Shown here: positions 60,880-64,000 of the stretch, in pieces
Layout of the letters: every line of letters begins with the position of its first letter
Numbering within the stretch: position 1 is the stretch's first letter
Source of the DNA: Ilumatobacteraceae bacterium
GTDB taxonomy: Bacteria; Actinomycetota; Acidimicrobiia; Acidimicrobiales; Ilumatobacteraceae
Direction of reading: 5' to 3'
Length of the DNA stretch: 64,000 nucleotides
Assembly: GCA_963722415.1 (NCBI GenBank)
Contig: CAVRNI010000026.1
Location: 58,362 to 122,361 of the forward strand
Made by a program: the position numbers and the translations under genes
The notes under the pieces: generated by a model
Seen by the model: the letters and a program-made list of their open reading frames with translations, nothing else
Told to the model about the DNA's origin: nothing
Databases searched by the model: none

Positions 60880-61746
60880 TCATGCCTGGACCTTGCCGAA
60901 CATGCCCGTCGGGCGGGTGGCGAGCACGGCGAGGAACACGGCGTGGCCCGTCAACTCCCCCCATTGCGAGTTGTACTCGCGCCCGAGGGCCTGCGCGACG
61001 CCGAGCGTGATCCCGCCGGCGAGCGTTCCCCACAACGAACCGAGGCCACCGATGATCACCGCCTCGAACGCGTAGATCAGACGGCTGGGCCCGATGAACG
61101 GATCGAACGACGACTGGGCGCCCATCAGCACCCCCGCGAGGGCGACCGTGAGGACTGCGATGCCGAGGGCGACGCCGTAGACGCGGCGGTTGTCGATGCC
61201 CATCAGGCGAGCGGCCTCGGGGTCGTCGGAGGTCGCCCGGAACGCGCGGCCCAACTTCGTCCGCTTGAGGAACAGCGCCAGCGCACCGAGCACGCCGACA
61301 CCGCAGAGGAACGTGATGAGTGGCAGCCATCCGATCGAGATCTGGTCGTTGATCGTGATCGAGCTGGTCTCGAGCTCGCCGACGTAGAGACCCTGCGTGT
61401 CGGCCGTGTACTTCTCGAGCAGCGCGTTCTGGATCACGATCGACAGACCGAACGTGGCGACGATCGCGAACGCCGGGTCGACGCCGACGACGCGGTCGAA
61501 CACCAGCCGCTGCAGGATCACCCCCACCACGAACGCGCCAGGAAGCACGACGAGGAGCGTCGTCAGCGGGTTGATGTCGAACGTCGTCGACAGCGACAGG
61601 GCCATGTACGCGGCGAGGACCGCCAGGTCACCATGGGCGAGGTTGACGAGCCGCATCACGCCGAAGCCGAGCGACAATCCCGTGGCGAACAGCGCGTAGA
61701 GCCCGCCGATGAGAATGCCTTGCACGATCGCGTTGACCCAGGTCAT
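60880..61746 (-). CDS. livH: Branched-chain amino-acid ABC permease LivH-like
   Basis: 288 aa from ATG 61744-61746: MTWVNAIVQGILIGGLYALFATGLSLGFGVMRLVNLAHGD...ATSDDPEAARLMGID...AVIIGGLGSLWGTLAGG. Confidence 0.9.
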   Translation of the reverse strand: MTWVNAIVQGILIGGLYALFATGLSLGFGVMRLVNLAHGDLAVLAAYMALSLSTTFDINPLTTLLVVLPGAFVVGVILQRLVFDRVVGVDPAFAIVATFGLSIVIQNALLEKYTADTQGLYVGELETSSITINDQISIGWLPLITFLCGVGVLGALALFLKRTKLGRAFRATSDDPEAARLMGIDNRRVYGVALGIAVLTVALAGVLMGAQSSFDPFIGPSRLIYAFEAVIIGGLGSLWGTLAGGITLGVAQALGREYNSQWGELTGHAVFLAVLATRPTGMFGKVQA

Positions 61747-62465
61747 GGATGATCCGGCTGGGTCGAGGTGAGCCCGAAGTAGGCCTCGGTGATGTCTTCC
61801 TTGGCGAGCGAGCCGGGCGTGCCCGTCAACGAGATCCGGCCCTCGAGCAGGCAGTACACGCGATCGGCGACCTTGAGTGCCTGGTTCACGTCCTGCTCGA
61901 CGATGAGGATCGTCGTGCCTTCCGCCTTGATGATCGGGACGGCCTCGTACACCTGCTTGACGACCACCGGCGCCAACCCGAGCGAGACCTCGTCGAGCAG
62001 CAGCAGTTGCGGGTTGGCCATCAACGCCCGCCCGATCGCGAGCGTCTGCTGCTCGCCACCCGACAACCGGGCGGCTGATCGATGGGCCAGGTTGGCGAGG
62101 ATCGGGAACGCTGCCATCACCCGCTGCTTCGTCCACGGGCCCTTGCGGCCGATGTGGGCACCGATGAGGAGGTTCTCCTCGACGCTGAGCGACGGGAAGA
62201 TGCGACGCCCCTCCGGCACCAGCGAGATTCCGTTGGCGACGCGCCGGTTGGCAGGGATCCCGGCGAGTGATTCGCCGGCGTAGCGGATCTCGCCCGCCAT
62301 CGGCTCGAGCATCCCGGCGATCGCCTTCAGCAACGTCGACTTGCCGGCCCCGTTGGCGCCGATCATCGACACCGTCTCGGCCTCGTCGACGTGCAGGTCG
62401 ATGCCGAACAGCGCCTGGAAGTCGCCGTAGCCGGCATCGAGGACGTCGATGTCGAGCAGGCTCAT
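61743..62465 (-). CDS. livF: ABC transporter ATP-binding protein LivF-like
   Basis: GANGAGKSTLLKAI (Walker A), LSGGEQQTLAIGRAL (signature), LLLLDEVSLGL (Walker B). The stop overlaps the livH ATG. Confidence 0.9.
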   Translation of the reverse strand: MSLLDIDVLDAGYGDFQALFGIDLHVDEAETVSMIGANGAGKSTLLKAIAGMLEPMAGEIRYAGESLAGIPANRRVANGISLVPEGRRIFPSLSVEENLLIGAHIGRKGPWTKQRVMAAFPILANLAHRSAARLSGGEQQTLAIGRALMANPQLLLLDEVSLGLAPVVVKQVYEAVPIIKAEGTTILIVEQDVNQALKVADRVYCLLEGRISLTGTPGSLAKEDITEAYFGLTSTQPDHP

Positions 62466-62487
62466 GCGACTCTCACCGGCACGCTCA

Positions 62488-63231
62488 TCACACCTCGATG
62501 TCCTCGCCGAGATACACGGAGCGCACCTCGTCGGACGCCATCACGGCCGCCGGCGGCCCCTCGATCAGCTTGCGACCGAAGTCCATCGCGATCATCCGGT
62601 CGACGACGCGGAGCAGGGCATGGACGATGTGCTCGATCCACACCACCGCGACACCCGCCGCCCGGATGTCGCGGATCGTCGCGACCAACGCGAGCACCTC
62701 GGCCTCGGTCAGACCGCCCGCGATCTCGTCGAGGAGCAACAGCCGCGGCTCGGTCGCCAGCGCGCGTGCCAGTTCGAGGCGTTTGCGTTCGAGCAGCGTC
62801 AGCGCGCCGGCCGGGGTGTTGGCGCGGCCCAGCATGCCGACCCGTTCCAGCGCCGCGACCGCGGTCCCTTCGACAACACTCGCGGTCGACGACCGCCGCG
62901 CCCGTCCCGATCCGAACGTCGAGCCGACGAGCACGTTCTCGAAGGCGGTGAGGCCCTCGAACGGACGCGGGATCTGCGACGTACGTCCGACGCCCAGGTG
63001 GCAGCGGACGTGTGCGGGGCGGCGCGTGACGTCGACCCCGTCGAGCAGCACCGTGCCGGAGTCGGCCCGGAGGTCACCGGCGATCAGGTTGAGCAGCGTC
63101 GTCTTCCCGGCACCGTTCGGCCCGACGATCCCGACGGCGTCACCCTCGGCGACCTCGAACGACAGGCGGTCGACGACCGTGAGGCCGCCGAACCGTTTGG
63201 ACAGTAGGTCGACCGAGAGCAGCGCCGTCAC
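62488..63231 (-). CDS. livG: ABC transporter ATP-binding protein LivG-like
   Basis: LSKRFGGLTVVDRLSFEV...GPNGAGKTTLLNLI...LLLLDEIAGGL. Confidence 0.88.
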   Translation of the reverse strand: MTALLSVDLLSKRFGGLTVVDRLSFEVAEGDAVGIVGPNGAGKTTLLNLIAGDLRADSGTVLLDGVDVTRRPAHVRCHLGVGRTSQIPRPFEGLTAFENVLVGSTFGSGRARRSSTASVVEGTAVAALERVGMLGRANTPAGALTLLERKRLELARALATEPRLLLLDEIAGGLTEAEVLALVATIRDIRAAGVAVVWIEHIVHALLRVVDRMIAMDFGRKLIEGPPAAVMASDEVRSVYLGEDIEV

Positions 63232-63243
63232 GGCAGCCGCTGG

Positions 63244-64000
63244 TCAACCCTCGAGCGGCACCATGGTGCCGCCCACCGGGATCTCTGGCGCCTGCGTGTT
63301 GTTGACCACCAGTAGCTCGAACGGGAACGGCCCGCCGTCCTGCTGCTGCCACTGACCGCCGACGAGCGGGGTCGGGCTGACGTTCTTCGGCAAACCCTCG
63401 CGGGCGAACGTGACCGGGCCGACGATGGTGTCGAGGTTGGTCGCCGCGATCGCGTCGATCAACGCCTGCTTGTCGGTGCTGCCGGCTCGGGCGACGCTGT
63501 CGAGGCACACCTCGAGCAGAGCGTGGACGAACCCGACGAACTGCGTCCACTGCTTGCCGGTCGCCTCCGTGTACTCGTCGGCCAACGCCTGCGCGTCGAC
63601 ACCCGTCAGCGAGCTCGAGAAGGGGTGGGTGGGGGTCCACCACACCTCGGACGCGAGACCGTCGCCACTGTCGCCGAGAGCCTCGACGGCCGACGCGAAC
63701 AGCACCGCCTTCGCCATCGTGACGACCTTGGGGTTGAAGTCCTGCTGCTTGGCCTGGGTCCAGAACGTGGCGAAGTCGGGCGGGATCGGGATGCCGCACA
63801 CGATCTCGACGCCCTCGTCCTTGAACTGCCCGATGACGCTCGAGAAGTCGGCGTTGCCGGTCTGGAAACGACCGGGGTCGACGAGCGTGAAACCGCCGGC
63901 CTCGATTCCGGCCGGGAAGCCGGTCGCCGGATCGGCGAGGGCGTTGCCGTCCGGATCGTTGGGGCACAGCAACCCGACGACCTTGTTGGTCTCGATCGAG
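63244..64000 (-). CDS. ABC substrate-binding protein (Leu/Ile/Val-binding-protein family), N-terminus beyond the window
   Basis: The open frame runs to the window edge: ...LCPNDPDGNALADPATGFPAGIEAGGFTLVDPGRFQTGNADFSSVIGQFKDEGVEIV...WWTPTHPFSSSLTG... Confidence 0.7.
   Translation of the reverse strand, partial: SIETNKVVGLLCPNDPDGNALADPATGFPAGIEAGGFTLVDPGRFQTGNADFSSVIGQFKDEGVEIVCGIPIPPDFATFWTQAKQQDFNPKVVTMAKAVLFASAVEALGDSGDGLASEVWWTPTHPFSSSLTGVDAQALADEYTEATGKQWTQFVGFVHALLEVCLDSVARAGSTDKQALIDAIAATNLDTIVGPVTFAREGLPKNVSPTPLVGGQWQQQDGGPFPFELLVVNNTQAPEIPVGGTMVPLEG

Overview
High-GC (about 70% by eye) Actinomycetota-like chromosomal segment, densely coding, with about 60 protein genes. I found no rRNA, tRNA or CRISPR. 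Modules, left to right:
- birA, divergent from an acyl-CoA carboxylase alpha subunit that is translationally coupled to a histidine-utilisation operon (hutH-hutU-def-like-hutF-hutI).
- Housekeeping genes (lysS, dapD, an HtrA-like protease, a stand-alone LigD polymerase domain).
- A decayed accessory patch at 22.9-27.1 kb (TPR regulator, MBL hydrolase, DUF222/HNH element) holding about 9 frame changes.
- A Rieske oxygenase / short P450-like / F420-type reductase / acyl-CoA mutase / RidA cluster.
- An Arn-like polyprenyl-phosphate amino-sugar glycosylation cluster.
- A Sir2 deacetylase and a MoeZ-like E1 enzyme with inverted domain order.
- A tightly overlapping operon: PG-binding lipoprotein - LCP protein - tandem-TIR STAND NTPase with a C-terminal TM helix - WD40 propeller.
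- pepA and a CoxE-like VWA protein.
- A hydroquinone to beta-ketoadipate catabolic cluster.
- An orphan LuxR response regulator plus a STAS protein.
- A Liv-type ABC transporter.

The strongest candidate for a new system is the envelope-linked TIR-STAND-WD40 operon (43.6-49.4 kb). Second is a peptide-deformylase paralogue sitting where hutG is expected in the hut operon. A four-copy REP-like hairpin family with covarying stems lies at gene 3' ends.

Major caveat: about 25 conserved genes need a reading-frame switch. By hand bookkeeping almost all switches look like single-base insertions, so either the assembly carries indel errors or many genes are recent pseudogenes. All calls rest on reading the supplied translations and sequence; no database search was run.
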